IMG/VR virus record: IMGVR_UViG_3300028676_000005
Span: 124,001 to 188,000 of that record
Direction: 5' to 3' (one strand)
Length of the DNA: 64,000 nt
The translations under genes and the position numbers were made by a program. The notes under the pieces are model-generated. The model ran no database searches, was not told the DNA's origin, and worked only from the letters and a program-made list of their open reading frames with translations. Of this stretch, positions 27,574-37,155 are shown in pieces; positions within the stretch are counted from its first letter, which is position 1; each line of letters opens with the position of its first letter.

Positions 27574-30500
27574 TTAAGTTAGCAGCTCGTCATTACGCAA
27601 CCATGGCAGTTGGCCTTCTTCGTTAGCAAGACCTGAACTAGCGGGGATACAGTTACCACGCTTGGTCTCAGACACACGGTTACCGTTCATGGCAAACACG
27701 TTGAAGCGCTCAATGGTGAGGATTTGAGAATCCCCAGTCACTACTTTACTGGCCCACAGTTGGAAAGGAGTTTCCAGTCGCTTCTCCTCAACAACTTCGT
27801 AAATAGGAACACCATTCCTGAGCGCTGCGTAAACATAAAACGTTTTGTTTTGTGGGGAAGGGGATATATCACGCAGGTCAATAGTACCAGAAGGAAGAAC
27901 AAAAGGTTTTCCATTGAAGACTACTTTGATGTCAGTCTTAAAGAAGATCACCCAGCCTACTTCTGGATACACGGACCCAACTACAGGTCTGTTTACAACC
28001 CCATTGACAATAGTGGCCGCACCACCGGTTGTGTTAGCCCAGTCGTACATCGTTGCAATACCGTTATCAGGAGTTATAAACACCCCACCGCCTGCACTAC
28101 TGTTACCTTGCTGAGAAGCACTAGTCCAACGACGAGTGTTTCGGTTGTTATAAGCAAAGTTAAAGTTTGAGGTGTACGCGTCCCCTGTGGTGTTGCCCAT
28201 TACCCCACTGTTAAGGTGGCAAGACAGACTATTGCCGTTTAGATAATAGAACGCCCTCATTGGACCAAGGGTTGACTGCGGAGATTCAGGGCCGTTGGCG
28301 TAACCACCAAAGACGCGAATCTGGTCAATAGCCGCGGAGTCTGCCCACCAGTTAAATTTATCCGTAACCGTAAACCCAGTAACCTCTTTTCGGCCTTGGG
28401 CATTAGTGATGTATGTAGGTTGGATAACCATATACGTCGCGTGCATTCTTGCACGAATCGCACTGTTTTCCGCGTCGACATAGGTAACCGCCGCAATAAT
28501 TGGCAGCCACCCAAAACGTTCGAGTGAAGAAAACGTTGGGTCGGTCACGGTAACAATGCAATCACGGCTACGGTTCTTAATATCTAAGAACTCAACCTGG
28601 TTTTTCAGCTGTTCCACAATTGCCGACGGATAAAGAATCTCAGCCGTTGGAACAATTGTTATGGTTCCGTCTGGTTCGATACGTCGGTTGTAATCAGAGA
28701 TCAACAGAATGTCATTGTCTCCGACAGGCGCCCCCCATCCAGTACCGACTTTGTCAAGCTGGTTGTACTTTTTCTGACTGTTTGTGCAGAACATTGATTC
28801 ACCAACATCAATACCATAAGTATCAAGCTGGCTTGAAGGCACACTGACTGTAGCCCCACCAATACCAGGCAAAGCGTTAACTTTGCGGATACTAGTTGTC
28901 AATGGACGCGAAACAACGTTATTCAGAAAAAGATTTGTCACTTCTGGACGTGCCGCAAACTTCCCGTTGATATCTTTCCAGAAAAGTTCCAGCTTACCAA
29001 GGTCTGTACGGTCAGCCGCAATGTAATGCTCACCACCTGGACGATACAGTAACCCACGGACGTTAATAGACGACATTAACGGGCTGGCAATAGTTTCTTG
29101 CCAAGACCCGAAGTTAGACATCTCATCCCAACCACGTCCCCAGAATTTAGAAATGGTTGCGTATTTTGTTTTGGCGTTAACAATCTCAAAGAGAGTGCCG
29201 ACTCTAGGGAACCCGCTGAACCCCATTGCTGCGGAACTAGCGATCCGTCCGTCTGGCAATACGTTAATACCTTGCCCGGCGTAGCTAAACACCAGCGAAT
29301 AAAAAACGTTGTTTTGAACGTATTCACTAGGGAGTATAGGCGACCCCAAAATGTTCAGTGTGGGTGGTATTGCTGTTTTAGACGTGAGTGTCATTACTCC
29401 AGTTACTGGATCAAAATCATAGTTAATCTCTGGGACAAAGTTGAACTGCCCTTGGCCCGTTGGTGTGGAGTGAGAACCGTAATACGCAGATAGGAACTTC
29501 ATCGCGTAGATGCCCTTACGGGAAGGGTCCTCAGCAACCATGACCGGGAGTGAACGATAGTTACCGATAACTCCGTTAGCCGGGGTTGGCGAATAAGTAA
29601 ACAATGCTTTAGAAGTTAACCCGTTAGCGTTCACAAAAGAATACCAACGGAAGTAAGTGGAGTTATTCCACTGTACCCCATCCGCGTCAACAAAGGAAAC
29701 CAATTGTAGAGTTGGAGTAACGTTAATGGTCGCTTGAACGTCAGCCAGCTTAACCCTGAAGAACTGTTTACCAACTAGCGGGTAACCAACACCTGGAGCT
29801 AGACCGCTACCTTTACTTGAGGACTGAATCAAGTAAATCCATTCACCCATTAAAGCAACGCTCAGCATTGGGAACAAACTTGATGGCATTATGTTTGTCC
29901 CACCGCCAAATGTTGCGTCGACGATTGGCTGCAAGTTAACTTTGGAGTAAACGTGTTTTGCTGGATCAAGAGACCCGTTCGTCACACCAACGTAAAACAA
30001 GTTCTTACGACTATCCCCCACCAGGATTACTTCGTCCCCACTACCCTGTGCAATACGGTCGACACTCGCGTTATCCGCATCAAACTTAGGGTGCTCGTAT
30101 TTAAAGCCGGAGTACACAAGCTTAGTTTTGGCGTAATCTTCCGTGTCTTGCATTACACTGTAATACAAACCAGCAGTACGACCATCCATACGGTTCCACA
30201 GGAAAGTAATAGTCCCGTCACTCTCTAAGCACATGCCGCCCGCTTCAGTAACACCACCGAAACCTTCAAAAGAACCGTCAATGTTAGCCGGGATGAAGTT
30301 AGTGTTACCAAAGCTGCTCAACGGCACCTTGTTACTGGCCAGCAACTCTGGGGCGTTAAAGCTCAGGGTGTTGATGATGGTTTTAAGACCACCCGGTGTC
30401 AGGTGCATGTCGTTGTTAGGTTTGAGCAGATCATCACCACGAGCTGTGGCAAAGTTGTCCACTAAAGGCAGCCCAATCTGGCCTTTGGTCAAACCATGCG

Positions 30501-31152
30501 CGTCATAGCTACCTTCATGTCGTGCCAAACTCTTAAGCAACTCAGTCCGGTATACCGTAATGTAGTTGTTAAGCAAATCAAGGTAATGCTCAATCTTGAT
30601 CTGGGTTGGGGTACGCGAGTTAGCGTTGAGGTAATCAAGAAGCAGGGTAATAAGTTCTACCATATCGCCAAAAGCGATCATGTCGTAGATCAAACTCATG
30701 CCGTGCAGTTCTGGTGGGAATACAACAGGTTTGTCCCGCAGGTTTTCCCAGTAGACCGGACGGTTGTCTTCGGCGGTCTCAAGAATCAAGCGCAACAGTG
30801 TGTTATCAAACAAACTGAAGTGCCCAACAATGTCGTAATCAAAGAACCCATCAGTTACGTCTGGGTTCAAGATCTCGATCATGCAGCCGACTGGTTTAGC
30901 AGTAAGCTCGGTCAAACCACCCATGATCTTGTACATGCGCCAATCACCAACACCTTCATCGTCTGCTTTGGTAAGCGGTTCCATGTTGGCGTTGTACAGG
31001 CGCAAAGACTTAACAAAGAAAGGAGCGTGAACTGGAATAACAATACGACTACCAGGACCTTTGATTACCTTAAAGGGCTCACCCAATACACGGTTCTCGG
31101 GGTTCTGGTTAAGAATGTCGTTACGGTATTCGTGAACAATAGGAAAATTCAT
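27574..31152 (-). CDS. tail fibre-like virion protein (phiKZ gp145/146-like, paralog 3)
   Basis: AHGLTKGQIGLPLVDNFATA; GSFEG; same C-terminal domain as 23781-27515. Confidence 0.75.
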   Translation of the reverse strand: MNFPIVHEYRNDILNQNPENRVLGEPFKVIKGPGSRIVIPVHAPFFVKSLRLYNANMEPLTKADDEGVGDWRMYKIMGGLTELTAKPVGCMIEILNPDVTDGFFDYDIVGHFSLFDNTLLRLILETAEDNRPVYWENLRDKPVVFPPELHGMSLIYDMIAFGDMVELITLLLDYLNANSRTPTQIKIEHYLDLLNNYITVYRTELLKSLARHEGSYDAHGLTKGQIGLPLVDNFATARGDDLLKPNNDMHLTPGGLKTIINTLSFNAPELLASNKVPLSSFGNTNFIPANIDGSFEGFGGVTEAGGMCLESDGTITFLWNRMDGRTAGLYYSVMQDTEDYAKTKLVYSGFKYEHPKFDADNASVDRIAQGSGDEVILVGDSRKNLFYVGVTNGSLDPAKHVYSKVNLQPIVDATFGGGTNIMPSSLFPMLSVALMGEWIYLIQSSSKGSGLAPGVGYPLVGKQFFRVKLADVQATINVTPTLQLVSFVDADGVQWNNSTYFRWYSFVNANGLTSKALFTYSPTPANGVIGNYRSLPVMVAEDPSRKGIYAMKFLSAYYGSHSTPTGQGQFNFVPEINYDFDPVTGVMTLTSKTAIPPTLNILGSPILPSEYVQNNVFYSLVFSYAGQGINVLPDGRIASSAAMGFSGFPRVGTLFEIVNAKTKYATISKFWGRGWDEMSNFGSWQETIASPLMSSINVRGLLYRPGGEHYIAADRTDLGKLELFWKDINGKFAARPEVTNLFLNNVVSRPLTTSIRKVNALPGIGGATVSVPSSQLDTYGIDVGESMFCTNSQKKYNQLDKVGTGWGAPVGDNDILLISDYNRRIEPDGTITIVPTAEILYPSAIVEQLKNQVEFLDIKNRSRDCIVTVTDPTFSSLERFGWLPIIAAVTYVDAENSAIRARMHATYMVIQPTYITNAQGRKEVTGFTVTDKFNWWADSAAIDQIRVFGGYANGPESPQSTLGPMRAFYYLNGNSLSCHLNSGVMGNTTGDAYTSNFNFAYNNRNTRRWTSASQQGNSSAGGGVFITPDNGIATMYDWANTTGGAATIVNGVVNRPVVGSVYPEVGWVIFFKTDIKVVFNGKPFVLPSGTIDLRDISPSPQNKTFYVYAALRNGVPIYEVVEEKRLETPFQLWASKVVTGDSQILTIERFNVFAMNGNRVSETKRGNCIPASSGLANEEGQLPWLRNDELLT

Positions 31153-31162
31153 CGGTTATCCC

Positions 31163-31927
31163 TTAATCGAGTTTTGCAGTACCGTCACGCAGTTGCCGAC
31201 CAAATGCTTTCATTACATTCATGGTCACGGCTACGTTGCCATCGGCACCGGCCAGGTCTGCTTCAGTAGACGGGCGAAGGTTAGCTACGTCTGGGATACC
31301 AATATCACCAGTGGATGCGGCATGTGCTTCTGGAAGACGTTTTTTCAGGTGGTCTTCCAAAAGGGCCAGTGCGTCACCTTGGGCCGCTTTATCAGTCATG
31401 ACAATGATAAGTGACTTAAGAGCAGCGTAAGCTTCCAGCCAGTCGTAAGTCTGTTCCAAAGGCTGTTCGTGTGGATCTGCTGGGAATGCGGTGGGAACGC
31501 CAATGAGGGAATCCCAGCTTGCCTGACGAGGGCTGTTAGCAACGTTAGCGACCAAGGTAGCAAATGCTACGTCATCAAGGATGAATGGTCCGCCAATGGT
31601 GTCATAGCTCGCTACAAGCACTTCACCAGGAAATGGCTTCAGCAAGACAAAAGCACCGTAAACATTTCGTTTGTACTTGTCCATGAAACGGTCAAAGGTA
31701 TTGCAGAAAGCGTAGTCAACACCCAGTTCCAATTCAACATTGCTAGACTGGCGTTTCAGAACAAACTTCTTGGCTGCCCCGTTATTACGAGCCGCACTAA
31801 AGAACGGACCAGCCCGAACTACAAACACGCGACGGGTAGTATCGTTGGCTACCTTGACTACTTCGTTTTCAACGCGGCAATCGATGCGTTCTTGAAAGGG
31901 GTTCCAGTTGTAAATTGGTGCAGGCAT
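31163..31927 (-). CDS. virion/baseplate protein related to the fibre N-terminal domain
   Basis: GPFF, W..L.G.P..FP...H motif shared with fibre N-termini. Confidence 0.65.
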   Translation of the reverse strand: MPAPIYNWNPFQERIDCRVENEVVKVANDTTRRVFVVRAGPFFSAARNNGAAKKFVLKRQSSNVELELGVDYAFCNTFDRFMDKYKRNVYGAFVLLKPFPGEVLVASYDTIGGPFILDDVAFATLVANVANSPRQASWDSLIGVPTAFPADPHEQPLEQTYDWLEAYAALKSLIIVMTDKAAQGDALALLEDHLKKRLPEAHAASTGDIGIPDVANLRPSTEADLAGADGNVAVTMNVMKAFGRQLRDGTAKLD

Positions 31928-32051
31928 GGGTGTTGCTCCTGTTAATAATTACTGGAGTAGTTCGCATTTTATAGCCTACCCCTTAAAGTACGTTAAGGAC
32001 TATAGATAAACCCCCTTAACAATTTCATAGAATCCACTGGAGTCAGTCCCT

Positions 32052-33290
32052 ATGTACAGCTATAAAAGGGCTGTTGGTGTTAGTCGTCGTTCTCCCAAAG
32101 GAGATGAGTTACTGGATATTGCAGGTATTCCCTGTAATACACTTTTTACTGAATACAGTCGTTTGATTATTGTTGTGACCGATGTGTACAGTAATAAGGA
32201 CGTAGCAATAGACCTTCAGTACTATTTGGTAGACCTTGGGGTCTTCCCTGGTAACATACAGGCGTGGTTAGACACAAAGGCAACCACACCCCTCAAGATT
32301 GAAGATACTGTCCCTGGTGACCGTTATCGCTTCGTCACAACTCATGACATCCAGTACAAAGGGTTTAGCCTTTTGCCTGGTAATGCCCTGGCTGGTGACG
32401 ATCGACAAGACATGTACAACACAGCAGACGCTCCGGACATTCGTGTAGTTAAGACCGATAACTCCGAAGTAGATTTTGATGCATTGGTAACCCGCGGGTT
32501 GTGGACAATCAATGGTCACCTTGTTCGTGCTGTAAAAGGTAATCGTTGTGTGTACCTTCTCAATGCAGGCAAACACTTTAATGTGGATGATAACATCCAT
32601 GTTAATTACTTGAACTTCAATACGGTGAGTAAGCTTACTACTCGTCCTATTGCTGCTGAAGATATTAAGTTTGAGATTATTGGGGATGTCAAATATCTTC
32701 ATGTTTCAAGCAAGGTGTCTTTAAAGGACAAAACCGTCTGGATGAGTATCGGAGGGAGACTCTACCAGAACGATGTAGTCCAACCAAGAGGTAACGACAG
32801 TTTTGCTATCAAGCTCAATAAGGTAGACTGGTTCTCTGCTATCTTTGACTCTAAGCAACTGATCGATTTAAGTTCTGTTATAGACAAGGACCGTGATGTG
32901 GTAGGTAAGGATTTCTTCAGTACTGAGGAGTTCTTCACTAAGCTGCTTACAGATCTTTCTTCGTTTATGGTAATTTTTGATAATCCTCGGTTATATGCCT
33001 CGCTAGTACCACTGGTGAGTTATTTGTACCCGTTTACTTACCACACGGAAGAAACAAAACAGATCCCGTTACTCACGGGCAACGGCTTGCTTCCTAAGTA
33101 CTACGTCCGACGGATTATTAACCGTAGACTCTTGGACATTGATATTGGTGTTCAACGTGTTTACGCAAACAAAACAACCGGCATCCATAATGAGGGCAAC
33201 CTCTATCATGGTTTCACTAATCGACATGACCCTAGCAAACTGCACAGCGGATACCTGCTGTACATAAGGGCTATTGTCCAGGGGGATTAA
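32052..33290 (+). CDS. putative virion structural protein (possibly phiKZ gp130-like)
   Basis: 412-aa ORF, GGAG RBS; synteny only. Confidence 0.55.
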   Translation: MYSYKRAVGVSRRSPKGDELLDIAGIPCNTLFTEYSRLIIVVTDVYSNKDVAIDLQYYLVDLGVFPGNIQAWLDTKATTPLKIEDTVPGDRYRFVTTHDIQYKGFSLLPGNALAGDDRQDMYNTADAPDIRVVKTDNSEVDFDALVTRGLWTINGHLVRAVKGNRCVYLLNAGKHFNVDDNIHVNYLNFNTVSKLTTRPIAAEDIKFEIIGDVKYLHVSSKVSLKDKTVWMSIGGRLYQNDVVQPRGNDSFAIKLNKVDWFSAIFDSKQLIDLSSVIDKDRDVVGKDFFSTEEFFTKLLTDLSSFMVIFDNPRLYASLVPLVSYLYPFTYHTEETKQIPLLTGNGLLPKYYVRRIINRRLLDIDIGVQRVYANKTTGIHNEGNLYHGFTNRHDPSKLHSGYLLYIRAIVQGD

Positions 33291-33294
33291 ACCC

Positions 33295-33909
33295 ATGGGA
33301 CAGGAGATCAAGGCATTGTTATTTTTCGACAAGTTTCGATCAATAGCGACCTTCTTCGTTGTTCTTATTCTGGCTGTAATACTTGGAGTTCAATACTTCT
33401 TTCCTCGGCCGGTTAAGTTGGACCAAGAAGCACTCGCTTCGCTGCGTGATGCAACTGAGCAGATTCGTCAGATGGTAAAGACCGCTGACAACTTTGCTCA
33501 GGAGGATCAAGCGTTTAAGACAACCCTCCAACAGCGCATTACCGCGCAAAGCAAATTGAGAGGAGACAACTATGCCACGCTGGCTAGAATGTATGGTGTC
33601 CCGGATTTGGATGACGGTACTCTTGCTACCAATGGTGGCATTAATTACGGCATGCAACCACAACCCGACGGTCTCGGAAGCAAATACCTACCTCCAGGTA
33701 CAAGCGACCCAGGCCCAGTACGACACGTACAGCAACCAACTGACCTTACTGCAAAAGCAACTGACCCAGGTATCGCCGGAGTTTCGGGAGGTGACTCCAG
33801 ACCCACCTTCGGGGCGCGTATCGGAACTCTCCTCATTTCTGGAACGCAACAACTGTCTCCGCCAGGATCTCAGTCTTCCGGAAAAGGACCAGTGCTACCA
33901 GATCACTAG
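33295..33909 (+). CDS. putative i-spanin (Rz-like)
   Basis: Single N-terminal TM (IATFFVVLILAVILGVQYFF), coiled coil, P/G-rich tail; ATG 33295 after GGGGA. Confidence 0.7.
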   Translation: MGQEIKALLFFDKFRSIATFFVVLILAVILGVQYFFPRPVKLDQEALASLRDATEQIRQMVKTADNFAQEDQAFKTTLQQRITAQSKLRGDNYATLARMYGVPDLDDGTLATNGGINYGMQPQPDGLGSKYLPPGTSDPGPVRHVQQPTDLTAKATDPGIAGVSGGDSRPTFGARIGTLLISGTQQLSPPGSQSSGKGPVLPDH

Positions 33910-34060
33910 GGTAATTCTCATCCAGACCACACAAGTATTGGATGAGAAGGATATAACCCTCTGGGGCGCTAAGCAGACAATTCAGCAATTGGTCAAGAAC
34001 ATGAACCGTATCATTGACCTTGCCCCACGTCAGCCGACCACAACACTTAAACCACCCTAA
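33572..34060 (+). CDS. putative o-spanin (Rz1-like) lipoprotein
   Basis: Own AGGAG RBS; signal peptide with lipobox ITA-C (Cys28); +1 frame overlap with i-spanin. Confidence 0.75.
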   Translation: MPRWLECMVSRIWMTVLLLPMVALITACNHNPTVSEANTYLQVQATQAQYDTYSNQLTLLQKQLTQVSPEFREVTPDPPSGRVSELSSFLERNNCLRQDLSLPEKDQCYQITRVILIQTTQVLDEKDITLWGAKQTIQQLVKNMNRIIDLAPRQPTTTLKPP

Positions 34061-34089
34061 TTAGTAAAGATGCAAACATAAACCATATA

Positions 34090-34121
34090 CCCTCTAGGAG
34101 CCTGCAAGGGCTCCTAGAGGG
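34090..34121. terminator. bidirectional terminator
   Basis: CCCTCTAGGAGCC / GGCTCCTAGAGGG 13-bp stem between convergent genes. Confidence 0.75.
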
Positions 34122-34155
34122 GTTATAGCTGCATCGGCACATAACTAGTCAACTT

Positions 34156-34542
34156 CTACTGTTGTCTGTCATCAGGTTGGGCTGGTGGGCTTGGAGCAAT
34201 GATGTTAGCTACACGGCTACGGAAACGAGTCATGCTGCTGGCACCATTAAACAAAGTCTTCAGGGTCTGGTTAACAGACATCCAACTCCAGGCAATAAGG
34301 ACTGGCCCGACAACCATGATAAACATGCTCGTCTCGCTAGGCCATACATTGTGATCCCGAACGGAAAGGTAAATTACAGCAGAGTTGATCAGAGCAGTAA
34401 TACAAACCGTGATAGACGCAGTAAGACCACCCAGGTTACGAAGACGAACAGTCTCTCCCCCGAATACTTCTTTCTCTACGTCATTTTGGGTTTCGACAAG
34501 GCACTTCCCAGAAAGGCAGTTGTCATGCACTTGATCACTCAT
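34156..34542 (-). CDS. two-TM membrane protein, holin candidate (128 aa from MSDQVH)
   Basis: Two hydrophobic helices, basic C-terminal region, next to spanins. Confidence 0.5.
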   Translation of the reverse strand: MSDQVHDNCLSGKCLVETQNDVEKEVFGGETVRLRNLGGLTASITVCITALINSAVIYLSVRDHNVWPSETSMFIMVVGPVLIAWSWMSVNQTLKTLFNGASSMTRFRSRVANIIAPSPPAQPDDRQQ

Positions 34543-35173
34543 GAAAAACCCCATAGTGTTTGGCAAGCATTTCACAACGATACAGTGTAACAGCAACGCT
34601 ATCAGCACTGTGCTCGTCAATTACAGTGAGATCAAACCCCGTAGAGTCTAGATGCTCGTAAGCCATAACACCCTTGTGAACATCCTCTTTCTGGCTACCT
34701 TTAAAGTTAGCCCCAACAATGTCCTTTGCTGGATTAGGGAGAACACTACTCACATGAATGCCGCGACTAATGTAAGCATTTTGAGCCAAAGACACAAACT
34801 GGATCAACTGCTTAAAGGTTAAAACACCAGCCCCTAAGAAGTTGTCCTCGATGATACCCGTTAGATGACGTTCACGAAGTTCCATCTCTCCATCGTCATG
34901 TAACACAAACTCTGTGGTATAGTAGTCTAAAAGCTCTCCTAGAGCCCTGGCCAAGCACCAGCTGCGAGCAGCCACAGATGTTCCATTGGTATCGTCGTAT
35001 TGCACGGGTATGTCGTAGAGGACTTTATCTCCCTTGATGGTGTTTAAATACACCAGCTTGTAAGGAGTCTTAACTGTCAGATCCACATCAATAATGCACA
35101 CACCCATGTTTGTGGTAGAAGGGTCAATTCCTATGACCCTTACTATCTCAGGAGTTTTTAAGTCCTTAGACAT
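34535..35173 (-). CDS. ruvC: RuvC-like Holliday junction resolvase
   Basis: VIGIDPS...G, IIED, K...K..V, DEHSADSVAV. Confidence 0.85.
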   Translation of the reverse strand: MSKDLKTPEIVRVIGIDPSTTNMGVCIIDVDLTVKTPYKLVYLNTIKGDKVLYDIPVQYDDTNGTSVAARSWCLARALGELLDYYTTEFVLHDDGEMELRERHLTGIIEDNFLGAGVLTFKQLIQFVSLAQNAYISRGIHVSSVLPNPAKDIVGANFKGSQKEDVHKGVMAYEHLDSTGFDLTVIDEHSADSVAVTLYRCEMLAKHYGVFHE

Positions 35174-35778
35174 ATGTGGCCCTTAACGTTACCACAGTGC
35201 AGCTTGATGATAGCCACCAAAGGCGATAATCCAACTACAAAGTCTTTTGGGGCTTTCTTGCTATCCCCCAAATAAACCAATTCAAACCCACAAGCTGAAA
35301 ACTCACCAAAGGTCCCAGACATCCAGCGACCGTTGTAGTTATAGTTGTTTAAGAGGGTTGCCAATTCGTAAGACTCGGTGTTAACCGTTTCAAACTGTGG
35401 TAGCGGAACGCCCATAGGAAGTTTTTTCAAGAACTCCAGTTCTTCCGCCATGTCCACTTTAAGAGGCTCAAACAAAAAGGAGATGACTTCTTTAGGTGGT
35501 GTCAGACCATCTGGACCACCTTTGACTGGACCAGAGACCATGTTGATAAACGTCATCAACGAGTTACCAGTCTCAGCTTCAATAATGTCAATAACCAACT
35601 TGCCTTCAGTATTGCGATACGCTTGGCTTACCGCATATTTGGTTTGATCCAAACGGAAAGCCGGCATGTAAATGGTGCTAATCAGCTCAATGGCATCGTA
35701 GCTGTACATCCCCTCAGTAAGTGGGAGATGCGCATTAACGGAACCTAGCTGATCAGCCAAGGCGGCTAATGCGTCCAT
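35158..35778 (-). CDS. putative virion protein (206 aa)
   Basis: In structural operon; C-terminal W...VYLG...C.N..G pattern. Confidence 0.55.
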   Translation of the reverse strand: MDALAALADQLGSVNAHLPLTEGMYSYDAIELISTIYMPAFRLDQTKYAVSQAYRNTEGKLVIDIIEAETGNSLMTFINMVSGPVKGGPDGLTPPKEVISFLFEPLKVDMAEELEFLKKLPMGVPLPQFETVNTESYELATLLNNYNYNGRWMSGTFGEFSACGFELVYLGDSKKAPKDFVVGLSPLVAIIKLHCGNVKGHICLRT

Positions 35779-35780
35779 GA

Positions 35781-36728
35781 TCAGTTTCCTTGCGAAGCCG
35801 CACCGGCGGTAGAGTTAGTGAAGATCAGCATTGGTTCGCTGGCACCGTGGTCGTAGTCCATGTTCAGACGTTCGTTGTTCAGTGCACTACGTGCGTCACG
35901 TTCGGTGATGTAGTGTGCAGCAACAGCACTCTGTACTTCTGCAAAACGAATGGTACCACCGCCACCAGTTTGGCCGTCGATTTGAGTATCAACACCCCAG
36001 CAGACCATGGTCTCGTTGATAGCCGCATAACTGGCATCACCGTACTTCTTCTGGCAAGCGTTAGCCAACTCTTGCAGGTCGCCTTGGTTAAAGCTGCAAC
36101 CAAGAACAGCCGACGAGTTGATGTAGGTGTTGGAAACAGGAACGCTACCTTCGCTAGTAGTGGAGACAGGCTGTGGGTTAAACAGGCTGTCACGACTTGG
36201 CACGAACGGTACTGGCAGTTCGTTACCATTCTCGTCACGAGTAATCTTGTTGACTTCCGGGTTGTAGCGAGAGAAGTCAATCAGACGCAGGTAGTAGAAC
36301 ACGTAAGCTTGGCCATCGAAACCGTTCTCGATAACCCGCAGTCGATACTTGCCACGGTTAATGTTGTCAAAATCGTTATCAACCGGACGGCAGGCAACCG
36401 GGATATGAACAAACAAGTTCATGTCGATTGGTTGGTGCTGGTTAACCTTCATGATGGTCACACCCAGCGGGTTCTGACCAATGGCATTAGCACCACGGAT
36501 ACCAACACCAAAATACTTCAGCTCGAAGTTAGTCGGCATCTTTGGCCCGATAGATTCTTCGGCCATGATGTCGTAACGTTCATTGAGGGTGGAGTACTTT
36601 GGCAGGGTGAACCCTTGGCGCGTGGCCAGGCACTTCATGATAATGTTGCCGTAAGGCGTGTTGGTGGTTGTTTGTGTAGGTACTTCCGACCGGTTCTGGT
36701 CTTGAATTTCAGAGGCGGACAAAGCCAT
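35781..36728 (-). CDS. virion/baseplate protein (phiKZ gp139-like)
   Basis: STLNE, YFGVG..G, H.P, YYL, INE, ASEP; codon bias; synteny. Confidence 0.65.
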   Translation of the reverse strand: MALSASEIQDQNRSEVPTQTTTNTPYGNIIMKCLATRQGFTLPKYSTLNERYDIMAEESIGPKMPTNFELKYFGVGIRGANAIGQNPLGVTIMKVNQHQPIDMNLFVHIPVACRPVDNDFDNINRGKYRLRVIENGFDGQAYVFYYLRLIDFSRYNPEVNKITRDENGNELPVPFVPSRDSLFNPQPVSTTSEGSVPVSNTYINSSAVLGCSFNQGDLQELANACQKKYGDASYAAINETMVCWGVDTQIDGQTGGGGTIRFAEVQSAVAAHYITERDARSALNNERLNMDYDHGASEPMLIFTNSTAGAASQGN

Positions 36729-36739
36729 GGGTGAATTCC

Positions 36740-37153
36740 TTATGAACGAATAAGTTGGAAGCTTGATTTAAAGCGCATAGAATCTGAGGAGATCACCACT
36801 AAAACATTGTCACGATCGACTACCAACCGACTAATGTCTTCTTCTTGCAACTCATGACCGGTTCGGCGATAAATCCAATCGGCCATGAGAGCTTTATTAG
36901 TTGTGATGTCGACATCGGAAGTCTTACGTGGTGGAATTACCAGGGACTTAAGTTTGTTAAGCCCTGATAGGTCTACCTTGCGTACTTCGTGATAGACTGT
37001 TTCTGAACCTGGTCTGCTAACCTGAAAGACATTGTTGCCTCTACGGTTAACAGTTACCAAGTCGAATTGCGTTGCCGCAATGATGTCTTTATCAGTAATG
37101 CGCAAGTCTTCAAAGTATTTCTTTTTGATGAGCTGCGTGGCTTTGTTACTCAT
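36740..37153 (-). CDS. small virion-type protein, paralog of 61388-61741
   Basis: VRKVDL..L...VIP...DVDIT...W vs VKKVNL..L...VIP...EVDVT...W. Confidence 0.65.
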   Translation of the reverse strand: MSNKATQLIKKKYFEDLRITDKDIIAATQFDLVTVNRRGNNVFQVSRPGSETVYHEVRKVDLSGLNKLKSLVIPPRKTSDVDITTNKALMADWIYRRTGHELQEEDISRLVVDRDNVLVVISSDSMRFKSSFQLIRS

Positions 37154-37155
37154 GA

